From: Armatimonadota bacterium
GTDB taxonomy: Bacteria; Armatimonadota; SYMT01
Assembly (NCBI GenBank): GCA_046292385.1
Contig: JBKBRF010000007.1
Span: forward strand, 32,001 to 96,000
Direction: 5' to 3'
DNA length: 64,000 nt
Translations under genes and position numbers: made by a program
Part shown: positions 28,095 through 37,756 of the stretch, one piece after another
How positions within the stretch are numbered: the stretch's first letter is position 1
How the letters are laid out: the number at the start of each line of letters is the position of its first letter
Notes under the pieces: generated by a model
What the model was told of the DNA's origin: nothing
Seen by the model: the letters and a program-made list of their open reading frames with translations, nothing else
Databases searched by the model: none

Positions 28095-29438
28095 ATGGTA
28101 GTCGATCAGTACGCGGGCGCGCCGCGAACCGGAGAGCACGAACGGCTGCGCCACAAGATCGCCACGCGCGAGGCGGAGATCTGCGTGGTAGGCCTGGGCT
28201 ACGTGGGGCTGCCGCTGGCCGTGGCGCTGGCGGAGGCGGGATTCCGCGTGCGCGGCCTCGACGTGGCGGCGGATAAGGTCCAGGAGCTCCGGGAAGGCCG
28301 CTCCTACATTCTCGACGTGCCGAGCGACTCGGTGGCGGCGCAGACGGAGGCGGGACGCTTCCGCGCGGAGACCGACGCCGCCTACGCGGTGCGCGGCGCG
28401 GACGTGATGATCATCACCGTCCCCACCCCCTACACTTCCAGCAAGCAGCCCGACCTGCGCTACGTGATGCACGCCTCCGAGACGATCCGGATGCACCTGC
28501 AGCCGGGAGCGCTGGTGGTCCTGGAGAGCACCACCTATCCGGGCACCACGGAGGAGATCGTGCAGCCGCGGCTGGAGGAGACCGGCCTGGTCTGCGGGCA
28601 GGACTTCCTCCTCGCCTACTCGCCGGAGCGGATCGAGCCGGGCAACCGGCGCTTCGGGCTGAAGAACACGCCGAAGATCGTCGGCGGCGTCACGCCGGAG
28701 GCGACCGAGCTGGCGGGAATGGTCTACGGCTCGATCATCGAGCAGATCGTGCCGGTGGAGAACCCGCGCGTGGCGGAGATGGCGAAGCTGCTGGAGAACA
28801 CCTTCCGGCACGTGAACATTGCGCTGGCGAACGAGATGGCGATCCTCTGCCGGGAGATGGACATCAACATCTGGCAGGTGATCGACGCCGCCGCCACCAA
28901 GCCGTTCGGCTTCATGCCGTTCTACCCGGGCCCCGGCGTGGGCGGGCACTGCATCCCGATCGATCCCTACTACTTCGCCTGGAAAGTGCAGGAGTTCCAG
29001 GGGTACGCCCGCTTCATCGAGCTGGCCGGGCAGGTGAACGACCAGATGCCGGAGATCGTGGCGCGGCGGGTGCAGGACGCGCTGAACGACCACGGCAAGA
29101 GCCTGAAAGGCGCCCGCGTGCTGGTGCTCGGCGCGGCGTATAAGAAAGACATCGACGACGTCCGGGAATCGCCCGCGCTGCACGTGATTGAGCGGCTCCA
29201 CAAAAAGGGCGCCGAGGTGAGCTACCACGACGACTACGTCGCCTCCCTCCGCACCGCCGCGGGAGAGCTGCGCTCCGTGCCGTTCAGCCCGGAGGTGCTC
29301 CGGGCGGCGGATGCGGTGGTGATCGTGACCGACCACACCAACATCCCGTACGGCGAGGTGCTGCGGCACGCCGCGCTGGTGATCGACACCCGCAACGCGA
29401 TGCGCGGCTACCGGGATCCGAAGATCGTCCGGTTGTAA
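28095..29438 (+). CDS. Nucleotide-sugar dehydrogenase (WbpA/WecC-like)
   Basis: VGLGYVGLP, ESTTYPGTT, SPERIEPG, KLLENTFRHVNIA, GVGGHCIPIDP, YKKDIDDVRESP. Confidence 0.95.
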   Translation: MVVDQYAGAPRTGEHERLRHKIATREAEICVVGLGYVGLPLAVALAEAGFRVRGLDVAADKVQELREGRSYILDVPSDSVAAQTEAGRFRAETDAAYAVRGADVMIITVPTPYTSSKQPDLRYVMHASETIRMHLQPGALVVLESTTYPGTTEEIVQPRLEETGLVCGQDFLLAYSPERIEPGNRRFGLKNTPKIVGGVTPEATELAGMVYGSIIEQIVPVENPRVAEMAKLLENTFRHVNIALANEMAILCREMDINIWQVIDAAATKPFGFMPFYPGPGVGGHCIPIDPYYFAWKVQEFQGYARFIELAGQVNDQMPEIVARRVQDALNDHGKSLKGARVLVLGAAYKKDIDDVRESPALHVIERLHKKGAEVSYHDDYVASLRTAAGELRSVPFSPEVLRAADAVVIVTDHTNIPYGEVLRHAALVIDTRNAMRGYRDPKIVRL

Positions 29439-29469
29439 AGACCACTGCCGGCGAGGAAGTGGGCAGGGG

Positions 29470-29524
29470 GCAGGTTCGCGGCCAGGCACAAAGCTGGATT
29501 CGGAGCCGGCAACCTGGAACCTGA
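29470..29524. repeat. Degenerate CAGGTT/AACCTG-family repeat
   Basis: GCAGGTTC...GCAACCTGGAACCTG. Confidence 0.5.
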
Positions 29525-29761
29525 CGGCCCGCCGGGCAAGTCAAAGTGAGAAGGGTGAGGCAGATCGAGGGCCGGGAGCAGCCGTCAGCGGCGCTCCCGG
29601 CCCTCGCGTTCCGGCGCCGGGTCCGGCCGCAGCCTGCCCGCTTGGCGGAGCGTCCCGTAGATCGCCGCGGGGCAGCCCGGCCGCATACGGAGGCAGCGCT
29701 CCACACGGGTGGAGAAGCGGCTGGCCGAGTGGAGAGGCTCCTGGGCAGGCAGAGGCGGCTC

Positions 29762-30229
29762 CTACTCGTAGTTGCCGTAGAAGGTCACCTCGATCCGGCG
29801 GACCTCTGCCGGGATGCCGGAGAGCTTGCGGACCCAGTTGCCGGAGCGGCTGTCGCCGAAGTAGATGCCTTCCTTCTCCAGGCCGGCGAAGTCGCGGGAG
29901 TAGAGCACCTGGTCGTCGCCGCTGTAGCCGCGCACTTCCACCCGCTCTCCCAGCAGCGCGAACGAGACCTGCCCGCGGCGAACGGTCCGCGAGACCCTCA
30001 CGGTCAGGCTGCCGGCGCTCCGGGTGCGGCGCAGCCGCAGGCGCGCCTCGGCGTCGCCGCCGCCGAACGACTGGTCGTACAGCTCGTAGACCAGCCCGCG
30101 GCGCTCTCCCAGGGAATCGAGCGAGTACCGCTCCAGGACCGGCAGCTCTTCCGCTGCCGGCGCGGCGGAAACGACCAGGGCGACGAGTACGAGACCAAGA
30201 CGGAGGGTGCGAGAGACGAGTGAAGACAT
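29762..30229 (-). CDS. Hypothetical secreted protein
   Basis: Signal peptide; beta-rich mature part. Confidence 0.7.
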   Translation of the reverse strand: MSSLVSRTLRLGLVLVALVVSAAPAAEELPVLERYSLDSLGERRGLVYELYDQSFGGGDAEARLRLRRTRSAGSLTVRVSRTVRRGQVSFALLGERVEVRGYSGDDQVLYSRDFAGLEKEGIYFGDSRSGNWVRKLSGIPAEVRRIEVTFYGNYE

Positions 30230-30307
30230 CGGAGCGACTCCGGAATGAGTTCGACTGCTCGTTAGACTCGGCCGAGGCGGAAGTTGATGCGGAGCTTTCG
30301 AGCCGGG

Positions 30308-31171
30308 CTACTTCTTGCGCCGGAGGTGCTGGCCCAGGAACTCCAGCGTGGCGGCGTCGGCCTGGCGGGCGTGCGGAGAGTCGGCGGGCCAGCCGTGCCC
30401 GGCACCCTCCAGGATCAGGAGCTTGCTCTCCACGCCTTTCCCGCGGAGCGCGTCGTGGAGCAGGTGCGACTGCTCCTCCGGGTTCACCGTGTCGGCGTCG
30501 CCGTGGATGATCAGGAACGGCGGGGCCTCGCGGGTGACCATGCTCGCGGGCGAGGTGATCCGGTAGATCTCCTTCCGCTCTTCCGGCGAGCCGCCGAGCC
30601 AGGCGGTGAGGGGCCGGTGCGCCATCTCGATCTTCCACATCCGCACCAGCTCGTGCGCGCCGTAGAGGGCGACCACCGCCTCCGGCCGGCTGCGGAACCG
30701 CGCCAGCTCGCGGTCGCTGTTGTCCCGCGCCTTCCGCACCCCGATCAGGGCCGCCAGGTGCGCCCCCGCGGAGGCGCCCATCGCCGCCACCCGCCGCGGA
30801 TCGATGCCGTAGTCCCCCGCGTGCGCCCGCACCCAGCGCACCGCCCGCTGGCAGTCGTCGAAGGCGGCCGGGTAGGGGAACTGCGGCGCCAGCCGGTAGC
30901 CGACCGCGCACGCCGCATAGCCGTTTCGCGCCAGCCAGAGGCCGGTCTCCCGGTAGCCCGACTTGTTCCCGCCGATCCACCCGCCGCCGTGGATGAGCAG
31001 CACCGCCGGGTGCGGCCCCGTCCCTTCCGGGCGGTAGATGTCCATCAGCAGCCGGTAGCCGTCCGGCTCCCCGTAGAGGACGTCCTGCTCCACGCGCGGC
31101 TCGGCGGCGCGGGCACCGAGGGCGGAGAGGGCGAGAGCGGCGGGGGTAAGGAGGAGGGTGCGGCGGTTCAT
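30308..31171 (-). CDS. Alpha/beta hydrolase (esterase) with a Tat-like signal
   Basis: MNRRTLL; HGGGW, GASAG, HGDAD, GAGHG. Confidence 0.92.
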   Translation of the reverse strand: MNRRTLLLTPAALALSALGARAAEPRVEQDVLYGEPDGYRLLMDIYRPEGTGPHPAVLLIHGGGWIGGNKSGYRETGLWLARNGYAACAVGYRLAPQFPYPAAFDDCQRAVRWVRAHAGDYGIDPRRVAAMGASAGAHLAALIGVRKARDNSDRELARFRSRPEAVVALYGAHELVRMWKIEMAHRPLTAWLGGSPEERKEIYRITSPASMVTREAPPFLIIHGDADTVNPEEQSHLLHDALRGKGVESKLLILEGAGHGWPADSPHARQADAATLEFLGQHLRRKK

Positions 31172-31245
31172 ACCTGTTGTTTCCCGCCGGAGCGAGAGAT
31201 CTCCTCGCCAGCTCGGCAGCCAAATACCGATGACGTCTGGAGGCG

Positions 31246-31495
31246 CAGCCGTAGGCTGGGCTGGAGGACGGCGACTGTGACCCCCCTGGGAGCCAGGGGG
31301 GGTAGCTCGAAGGCTCCGGATCCAGCCCGTGAACCTCACCTTGGGTGCGATGGAGCGCGGTGGCGCGGGAAGAGGTTCTCGGAGCGACCCCCGCAGCGGT
31401 CTGCTAACGGAGCGAAGCGGAGTGTGAAAAGACCGCGGAGGGCCTGCGTCGCGGGAGGGCTGGATCCGGAGACAAGGGCTCGGGGTCGAACCCCG
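31246..31495. ncRNA. Candidate structured RNA or MITE (unassigned)
   Basis: Perfect 15-bp closing stem 31314-31328/31457-31471 with nested and flanking hairpins. Confidence 0.4.
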
Positions 31496-31738
31496 GGACC
31501 GACGCTGCTGCCCGGCAGGCCGCAGAAGCCGCGGCAACGCGACCGATGTCGGTCCTCGGTGCCAACACGGCTCGGCGATCCGCAGACAGGCTCATCCGGG
31601 CTGAACACCCACTCTTTCACCGCACTCAGCCCTACCGCCGTGCTCCGCTGATCCTCCGCGTAGGAAGGCTGAACGACCCCGGGGCGCGAACTCAGCCTGG
31701 CCGGGATTTCCACCGCACGCCGACGCCCGAGGATAGCC

Positions 31739-34300
31739 ATGTCCAGCCGCCACTCCCTCTCCCGCCGGGAAGCCGTCCAGGCGCTCGCCGCCCTCGCGTC
31801 CGCTCCCGCCGCGGCGTTTGTCCCCGCCGCCGTAGAGGCCGCTCCGGGCGGGAAGGACGACGCGCGCGAGCGGCTGTTCGACGAGGGCTGGCGCTTCCAT
31901 CGCGGCGATGCCCCCGGCGCGGAGGCGGCGGGCTTCCCCGACGCGGAGTGGCGCACGGTCTCGCTGCCGCACGACTGGAGCATCGAAGACCTCCCGCCGC
32001 AGCCGCGCGAGACGACCGGCGAAGGATCGCTCTGGGAGAACGCGAGCCCTCCCCCGCGTGTCGGGCCGTTCGACCGCGACCGCAGCGAGGGGAAAGGCTC
32101 CACCGGCTGGGTGGTCGGCGGCACCGGCTGGTACCGGAAGCGGTTCACCGCGCCCGCGGGCCGGCAGGTGGAGGTCCGGTTCGACGGCGCCTACATGAAC
32201 GCCGACGTCTGGATCAACGGGCACCACCTCGGCTTTCACCCCTACGGCTACACCGGCTTTGCCTACGACCTGACGCCGCACCTGCGCCCGGGAAGCGAGA
32301 ACGTGCTGGCGGTCCGCGTCCGCAACGAGGGGCAGAACAGCCGCTGGTACTCCGGCTCCGGCCTCTACCGCCACGTCTGGCTCACCGTCACCGGCGAGGT
32401 CCGCGTGCCGCTTTGGGGGGTCTTCGTCACGACGCCGGAGGTCGCGCGGGGGGCCGCCACCGCGAGGGTCGCGGTCCAAGTTGAGAACCGCGGGCGGGAA
32501 GAGCGAGAGGTGCAGGTGCGGGTCCGGCTGCTCGGTCCCGACGGGCGCGGGGCCGGCACCGGGGAAGTCACGCAGCCGGTGCCGGCCGGCGGGGAGGGCC
32601 GCGCGGAGCTGCTGCTTTCGGTCGCCGCGCCGAAACTCTGGTCGCCCGACTCGCCCCACCTCTACCGCGCCGAGGTGGAGCTCCGGGTCGGCGGGAAGAC
32701 GGTCGACCGCGTCACCACCCCGTTCGGCATCCGCCGGATCGAAGTGGACGCCGCGCGCGGGCTGCGCCTCAACGGCGAGCCGCTCCTGCTCCGCGGCGGC
32801 TGCCTGCACCATGACAACGGGGTGCTCGGCGCCGCCGCGATCGACCGGGCCGAGGAGCGACGGGTCGAGCTGATGAAGGCGAACGGGTTCAACGCGATCC
32901 GCTGCAGCCACAACCCGCCTTCCTCGGAGCTCCTGGACGCGTGCGACCGCCTCGGGATCCTGGTGATCGACGAGGCGTTCGACCAGTGGGAGCTCCCGAA
33001 GAAGCCGCAGGACTACCACCGCTACTTCCGGGAGTGGGGCGAGCGCGACCTCGAGAGCATGGTGCTGCGCGACCGCAACCACCCGAGCGTCCTCTTCTGG
33101 AGCATCGGCAACGAGATCCCGGAGCGGGCCGATCCCGCCGGGGTGGAGACCGCGAAGCGCTTCGTCCAGGTGGTGCGGCGGCTCGACCCGACGCGGCCCG
33201 TCACCGCCGGGATCCCCACCTTCTTCGAGGGCGGGCGGCAGCGTCCGTGGACCGACAGCGACCTGGCGTTCCAGCACCTCGACGTGGCCGGCTACAACTA
33301 CCTCTGGCAGCAGTACGAGCCGGACCACGCGCGGCATCCGGAGCGGGTGATCCTGGGCACCGAGTCGTTCGCGCAGCACGCCTTCGAGAACTGGCAGCTC
33401 GTCCGGAAGCACCCGTACGTGATCGGCGACTTCGTCTGGACCGGGATGGACCACCTGGGCGAGTCGGGCATCGGCAACGCGCAGCTCGTCCCGGCAGCCC
33501 GGGAGCCGGCCGATCCCGCGGCGGAGTGGTCCGCCAGCTTCGCATTCGCGCTGCGGCCGTATCCGTGGTTCAACAACTACTGCGGGGATCTCGACCTGAT
33601 CGGGGAGAAGAAGCCGCAGAGCTACTACCGGGACGTGGTGTGGGGCCGGAGCCGGCTCGAGATGGCGGTGCAGCGCCCGGTGCCCTCCGGCCGCCGCGAG
33701 GTGCTGAGCCCCTGGGGCTGGTCGGACGAGCTGCGGAGCTGGACCTGGCCGGGTCACGAGGGCCAGCCGCTTCAGGTGCGCGTCTACTCCACGGGAGACC
33801 AGGTGCACCTGCTGCTCAACGGAAGAGAGATCGGCGTCCAGCCCGTCTCCGAGGAGACGAAGCTCCGGGCCGAGTTCACGGTGCCGTACGCGCCGGGCGA
33901 GCTGCGGGCGGTGGCGATGCGGCAGGGGCAGCCGATCGCGGAGCTGACGTTCCGGACCGCCGGCCCACCCGCGAAGCTGCGGTTGAAGGCGGACCGGACG
34001 TCGATCCGCCGCGACCGGCGTGACCTCGCCTTCGTGACCGTCGAAGTGCTGGACAGCGAGGGGGAGCTGGTGCCGGACGCGGTGGTCCCGGTGGAGCTGC
34101 GGCTTCGCGGCCCCGGCCGGCTGGCGGGCGCCGGCAGCGCCAACCCGCGCGACGTCCGCAGCTTCCAGCAGCCGCGGGCGCGGACCTTCCACGGAAAATG
34201 CCTGGCCGTCATCCAGCCCACCGGCACGGCCGGCGCGCTCCTGCTGCGCGCGGAGGCGGAGGGCCTCGCCTCCGCCGAAACGGTCATCCGCGTGCGGTGA
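31739..34300 (+). CDS. Glycoside hydrolase family 2 (beta-galactosidase-like), Tat-exported
   Basis: SRRE signal; LPHDWSIE, SRWYSGSGLYR, NAIRCSHNP, RDRNHPSVLFWSIGNE, GDFVWTGMD. Confidence 0.95.
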   Translation: MSSRHSLSRREAVQALAALASAPAAAFVPAAVEAAPGGKDDARERLFDEGWRFHRGDAPGAEAAGFPDAEWRTVSLPHDWSIEDLPPQPRETTGEGSLWENASPPPRVGPFDRDRSEGKGSTGWVVGGTGWYRKRFTAPAGRQVEVRFDGAYMNADVWINGHHLGFHPYGYTGFAYDLTPHLRPGSENVLAVRVRNEGQNSRWYSGSGLYRHVWLTVTGEVRVPLWGVFVTTPEVARGAATARVAVQVENRGREEREVQVRVRLLGPDGRGAGTGEVTQPVPAGGEGRAELLLSVAAPKLWSPDSPHLYRAEVELRVGGKTVDRVTTPFGIRRIEVDAARGLRLNGEPLLLRGGCLHHDNGVLGAAAIDRAEERRVELMKANGFNAIRCSHNPPSSELLDACDRLGILVIDEAFDQWELPKKPQDYHRYFREWGERDLESMVLRDRNHPSVLFWSIGNEIPERADPAGVETAKRFVQVVRRLDPTRPVTAGIPTFFEGGRQRPWTDSDLAFQHLDVAGYNYLWQQYEPDHARHPERVILGTESFAQHAFENWQLVRKHPYVIGDFVWTGMDHLGESGIGNAQLVPAAREPADPAAEWSASFAFALRPYPWFNNYCGDLDLIGEKKPQSYYRDVVWGRSRLEMAVQRPVPSGRREVLSPWGWSDELRSWTWPGHEGQPLQVRVYSTGDQVHLLLNGREIGVQPVSEETKLRAEFTVPYAPGELRAVAMRQGQPIAELTFRTAGPPAKLRLKADRTSIRRDRRDLAFVTVEVLDSEGELVPDAVVPVELRLRGPGRLAGAGSANPRDVRSFQQPRARTFHGKCLAVIQPTGTAGALLLRAEAEGLASAETVIRVR

Positions 34301-34316
34301 GGCTCCGTTTCCGGCG

Positions 34317-35693
34317 TTAGCTGCTCCGGCGGCGGTGAGGGAGCGCCGGGAAGCAGCGAGAGAGCCGCACCGCCGGCACGCAAAGCACCCCGAAGAGTGG
34401 ACGCAGCCCCGCCGGGCAGAGGCGATGGAGGCGCGCCGGGGTGCGGTGCGTCTCCCGCACCTTCCAGACGAAGAGCGCGGCGCCGACCGCCGCCACGCAC
34501 GCCATCACCCCGAAGGTCCAGGGCAGCCCCCACTGCTGCGCGATCCAGCCGCCGACCGCCGGGCCGGTGGCGGCGGCGATGCCGCTGGTGGCGGTCAGGC
34601 GCGCCTGCATCGCCCCACGCTCCGCCTCGCTGCAGAGGTCGCTGACGAAGGTGATCGCCACCGTCGCCATGATCCCGAAGTTGACCCCGTGGAGGAGCTG
34701 CACCCAGAGAACGCCCAGCGGGGAGCCGGCGACGACGTAGAGTGCCAGCCGGACCGGCATGGCGAGGAACGCCACCGCCAGCAGCGGGCGCCGGCCGAAG
34801 CGGTCGCAGATCCGCCCCGCCTGGGACATCACCAGCACCTCGCAGATCACCCCGGAGGCGAAGACCCCGGTAATCCAGAACGGCGTGGCGCCGAGCGAGC
34901 GCAGGTGGAGGCTGATGTACGCCGCGCAGCCGGCGTAGGCGAAGACGTAGAAGAAGTAGGCCCGCAGGAACTGGTCCAGGTTGCGGAGACCCACCTGCCG
35001 CGGTCCCGCCGGAAGCGCATCACTCTCGCCGCCTGTCGGCGCAGCCCTGCGCTTCGGGTCCGGCAGGAAGCCGATCAGCACGGCGACCAGCAAGAAGAGC
35101 AGCGGGCCGTAGAGGAAGATCGGCGCCACCGCGGCCCGGCTCGCCAGCGCCTGCGCTCCCAGGGCGCGGCCGAGCACCCAGCCGGAGAGGAGCGAGACTA
35201 CCACGTACCCCACCGAGCCCCAGATCCGGTACGCGGCGAAGGTCCCGGCGCGGGCCGACTTCGGCCCTTCCTGCGCGGCGAGGCGGCTGACCAGCACCGC
35301 GTTCGCGGTGTTCAGGTACATCACTCCGTTTACCCCGAGCGCCGTCAGCAGGACGAACGGGAGCAGCCCCTCCGCGGAGCGGTACGAGAGGTAGGCGGCG
35401 CCCGCCGTGAGCGCCGCGGCCAGCATCAGGGGCCGCCGGGCGTCGAGCCGGTCGGAGAGCCTCCCCAGGAGCGGCTGGATCAGCAGTGCCAGCCCCGTGC
35501 CGATCCCAGAGACCAGGCCGATCTCGCCCCGCGCCAGGCCGCTGAGCTCCAGGTAGAGCGGCACGAACGGCTCCAGAAAGCCGAACGCCGCTACGCTCAG
35601 GAACATGCTCAGCGCCAGCAGGCAGCGGCGCAGGACCGGAGTCCCGGTCCCCTGTTGGTCCTCGCCAGAGGTCTCCCCCGTCTCCCGCTGCAT
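34317..35693 (-). CDS. MFS transporter
   Basis: About 12 TM segments; GRLSDRLDARR and GRICDRFGRR motif A; RIWGSVG. Confidence 0.9.
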   Translation of the reverse strand: MQRETGETSGEDQQGTGTPVLRRCLLALSMFLSVAAFGFLEPFVPLYLELSGLARGEIGLVSGIGTGLALLIQPLLGRLSDRLDARRPLMLAAALTAGAAYLSYRSAEGLLPFVLLTALGVNGVMYLNTANAVLVSRLAAQEGPKSARAGTFAAYRIWGSVGYVVVSLLSGWVLGRALGAQALASRAAVAPIFLYGPLLFLLVAVLIGFLPDPKRRAAPTGGESDALPAGPRQVGLRNLDQFLRAYFFYVFAYAGCAAYISLHLRSLGATPFWITGVFASGVICEVLVMSQAGRICDRFGRRPLLAVAFLAMPVRLALYVVAGSPLGVLWVQLLHGVNFGIMATVAITFVSDLCSEAERGAMQARLTATSGIAAATGPAVGGWIAQQWGLPWTFGVMACVAAVGAALFVWKVRETHRTPARLHRLCPAGLRPLFGVLCVPAVRLSRCFPALPHRRRSS

Positions 35694-35802
35694 CTCCACC
35701 CCGACATTCCATCCCACCCGTGCCGCCGCATCCCAGTCTATCTTCGGGGAGAGTCCCCGCGACACCCAGGGTTGAAACTGGCCGTGGGGAGAGGCAAAGC
35801 GG

Positions 35803-36738
35803 CTACTCGCGGCGGCGCATGCGGCGGAAGTTGCGGAGGCGGTCCGGGTGGATCTCGCCGCGGTCCACGGCGGTCCGGACGGCGCACTGCTGCTCCCCGG
35901 TGTGGGTGCAGTTGCGGAAGCGGCAGCGCGCGGCGAGGGCGGCGATCTCCGGGAAGGTGTCCGCCACCGACTCGCCGTCGTCTTCCAGCAGGCCGAGCGT
36001 GCGGATCCCGGGCGTATCGGCGAGATAGGTACCCTCGCCGACCGGATAGAGCCGGCTGCTGGTGGTGGTGTGCCGGCCCTTATGGCTCCACTCACTCACC
36101 TTGGCGACGCGGGCGCCGAGTCCGGGATAGAGCGCGTTGACCAGGCTGCTCTTGCCCACGCCGGACTTGCCGCTCAAGACGGCGATCCGACCGCGGACCG
36201 CCTCCCGCAGGGCGTCTATCCCGCTACCGTTCACCGTGCTGGTGAAGTAGACCCGGTCGCCCGCGCTCTGGAGCGGCGCCGTCTCCTCCTGGAGCAGCGC
36301 CGGGTCGGCGAGGTCGTACTTGTTCACCACGACCAGCGGCTCCACGCCGCCGCGGCGGGCCATGCCGATGAACCGCTCCGCCAGGCGCCGCTGAAACGGC
36401 GGCTCGGCGGCGGCCTGGACGATCAGGAGGAGGTCGACGTTCGCCGCCAGGAGCTGCTCCACGCCCGCGAAGCCGGGGCGCGCCAGCTCGCTGCGGCGCG
36501 GCTGCACCGCTTCGATCACGCCTCCTCCGTCCGGCAGGCGCAGCAGCTCGACGCGGTCGCCGATCACTACCGGGCTCGACGCTCGCCGCCCTCCCAGCCG
36601 CAGGCGCCCGCGCAGGCCGCAGTCGAGCACCTCGCCCGCCGCCTCTACCTGGAAGCTGGCGCCCTCGTGACCCACCACCAGCCCGGTCTCCCGGGGCTCG
36701 TGGCCCGCTTGTCCTCCGCTCGCGCTGCGCTTCGACAC
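35803..36738 (-). CDS. rsgA: Ribosome small subunit-dependent GTPase A
   Basis: NKYD, GKSGVGKSSL, GRHTTT, DTPG, CRFRNCTH..E..C. Confidence 0.97.
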   Translation of the reverse strand: MSKRSASGGQAGHEPRETGLVVGHEGASFQVEAAGEVLDCGLRGRLRLGGRRASSPVVIGDRVELLRLPDGGGVIEAVQPRRSELARPGFAGVEQLLAANVDLLLIVQAAAEPPFQRRLAERFIGMARRGGVEPLVVVNKYDLADPALLQEETAPLQSAGDRVYFTSTVNGSGIDALREAVRGRIAVLSGKSGVGKSSLVNALYPGLGARVAKVSEWSHKGRHTTTSSRLYPVGEGTYLADTPGIRTLGLLEDDGESVADTFPEIAALAARCRFRNCTHTGEQQCAVRTAVDRGEIHPDRLRNFRRMRRRE

Positions 36739-36965
36739 TCGCTCGTCTCCCGCACCCTCTATCGTCGTGGAGAAGGGCGCTGCTAAACGGCGGCTCCCGG
36801 GTAGGATCTCTTGAGCAGAGAGCCGGGGCAGGACGATAGGGACGGCGAAAAGCGGGAACCCTGAGGACAGGATCGGAGATGAGGATGCCGACGCGAATAC
36901 GAGGAAAGGCCGCCGGCCGCAGTGAGCTGGCCCGGGACGCGCACTTCCGCACCGGCGGAGGTGCG

Positions 36966-37061
36966 ATGGGCGGAAGCCGGAAGCTGCAGGCGAAGCGGCG
37001 GCGCCGGGCGGATCGGCTGGAGGAGCAGCGCGCCGCCCGCGAGCGGGAGCAGGCCGAGTAG
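36966..37061 (+). CDS. 31-aa basic/charged microprotein
   Basis: Strong SD GGAGGT; MGGSRKLQAKRRRRADRLEEQRAAREREQAE. Confidence 0.55.
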   Translation: MGGSRKLQAKRRRRADRLEEQRAAREREQAE

Positions 37062-37147
37062 GCGTGACACGAAAGCCCGCTCGCGGGCGGGAACCTCCGG
37101 TTGAAGATTCGGGTCTTTATAGATAGCTCTCCCCGAGCACCCCTTCG

Positions 37148-37597
37148 ATGCGACGACGCACCCCGTCAATCTGGCTCGCCCTCTACCTGGCCGTTCTGCT
37201 CCCGCTCCTGGGAGCGGGTGGGCCGGCGGCATGGGCGTGCGGCGAGCAGTCCGGCTGCTCCGGCCATGCTGCGGGATGCGACGGACCGGGACAGGCGTGC
37301 GGCACCGAGTGCGGCCACGGCGCCTCCGCGAAGGCGGACTGCTGCGCCGCGGGCCACTCCGAGAGTCCGTCGGTCTCCGCAGGCGACTGCGTCTGCGTGG
37401 TCGAATCGGCTCCGGCGCCCGATCTCTACCGGGTGGTCGTCGCGGCCGAGGTGCCGATCGCGGCGCCTCCCAGCGTTCCCCTGCTCCTGAGCGCCCCGCG
37501 CGCGATCCGGGTGCGCCAGCGCAGCACGGCCCCCGCCGCGGTGCGGGGACCCCCACTCTCTCCTCTCGGCTCGCGCGGACCTCCGCGCCTCGGATAA
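37148..37597 (+). CDS. Signal-peptide, Cys/His-rich protein ending in tandem RGPP motifs (DUF2946-like putative arrest/leader peptide)
   Basis: N-terminal hydrophobic signal; 9 Cys and 3 His; Pro-rich linker; ...VRGPPLSPLGSRGPPRLG-stop. Confidence 0.7.
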   Translation: MRRRTPSIWLALYLAVLLPLLGAGGPAAWACGEQSGCSGHAAGCDGPGQACGTECGHGASAKADCCAAGHSESPSVSAGDCVCVVESAPAPDLYRVVVAAEVPIAAPPSVPLLLSAPRAIRVRQRSTAPAAVRGPPLSPLGSRGPPRLG

Positions 37598-37756
37598 CTG
37601 CGTCTCCCACGGGAGACCCCTGACGGCCGCCGGCCTGGAGCCCCTCCGGCTCCGGAGCTCCGCGCGGGGTCCGGCTTCGGACCACCCGACTCGTCAACTT
37701 GCAGTTATCCGGCCCCGATGGGCCATTGCCCCCGCACGTGGGGCAGAGGAGAAGTC

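Noticed and set aside
31592..34192. Long antisense and alternate-frame ORFs (e.g. 866 aa here, 601 aa at 34335, 537 aa at 22261)
   Set aside because: Shadow ORFs expected in high-GC DNA; Arg/Gly/Pro-rich with no motifs and overlapping well-supported genes.
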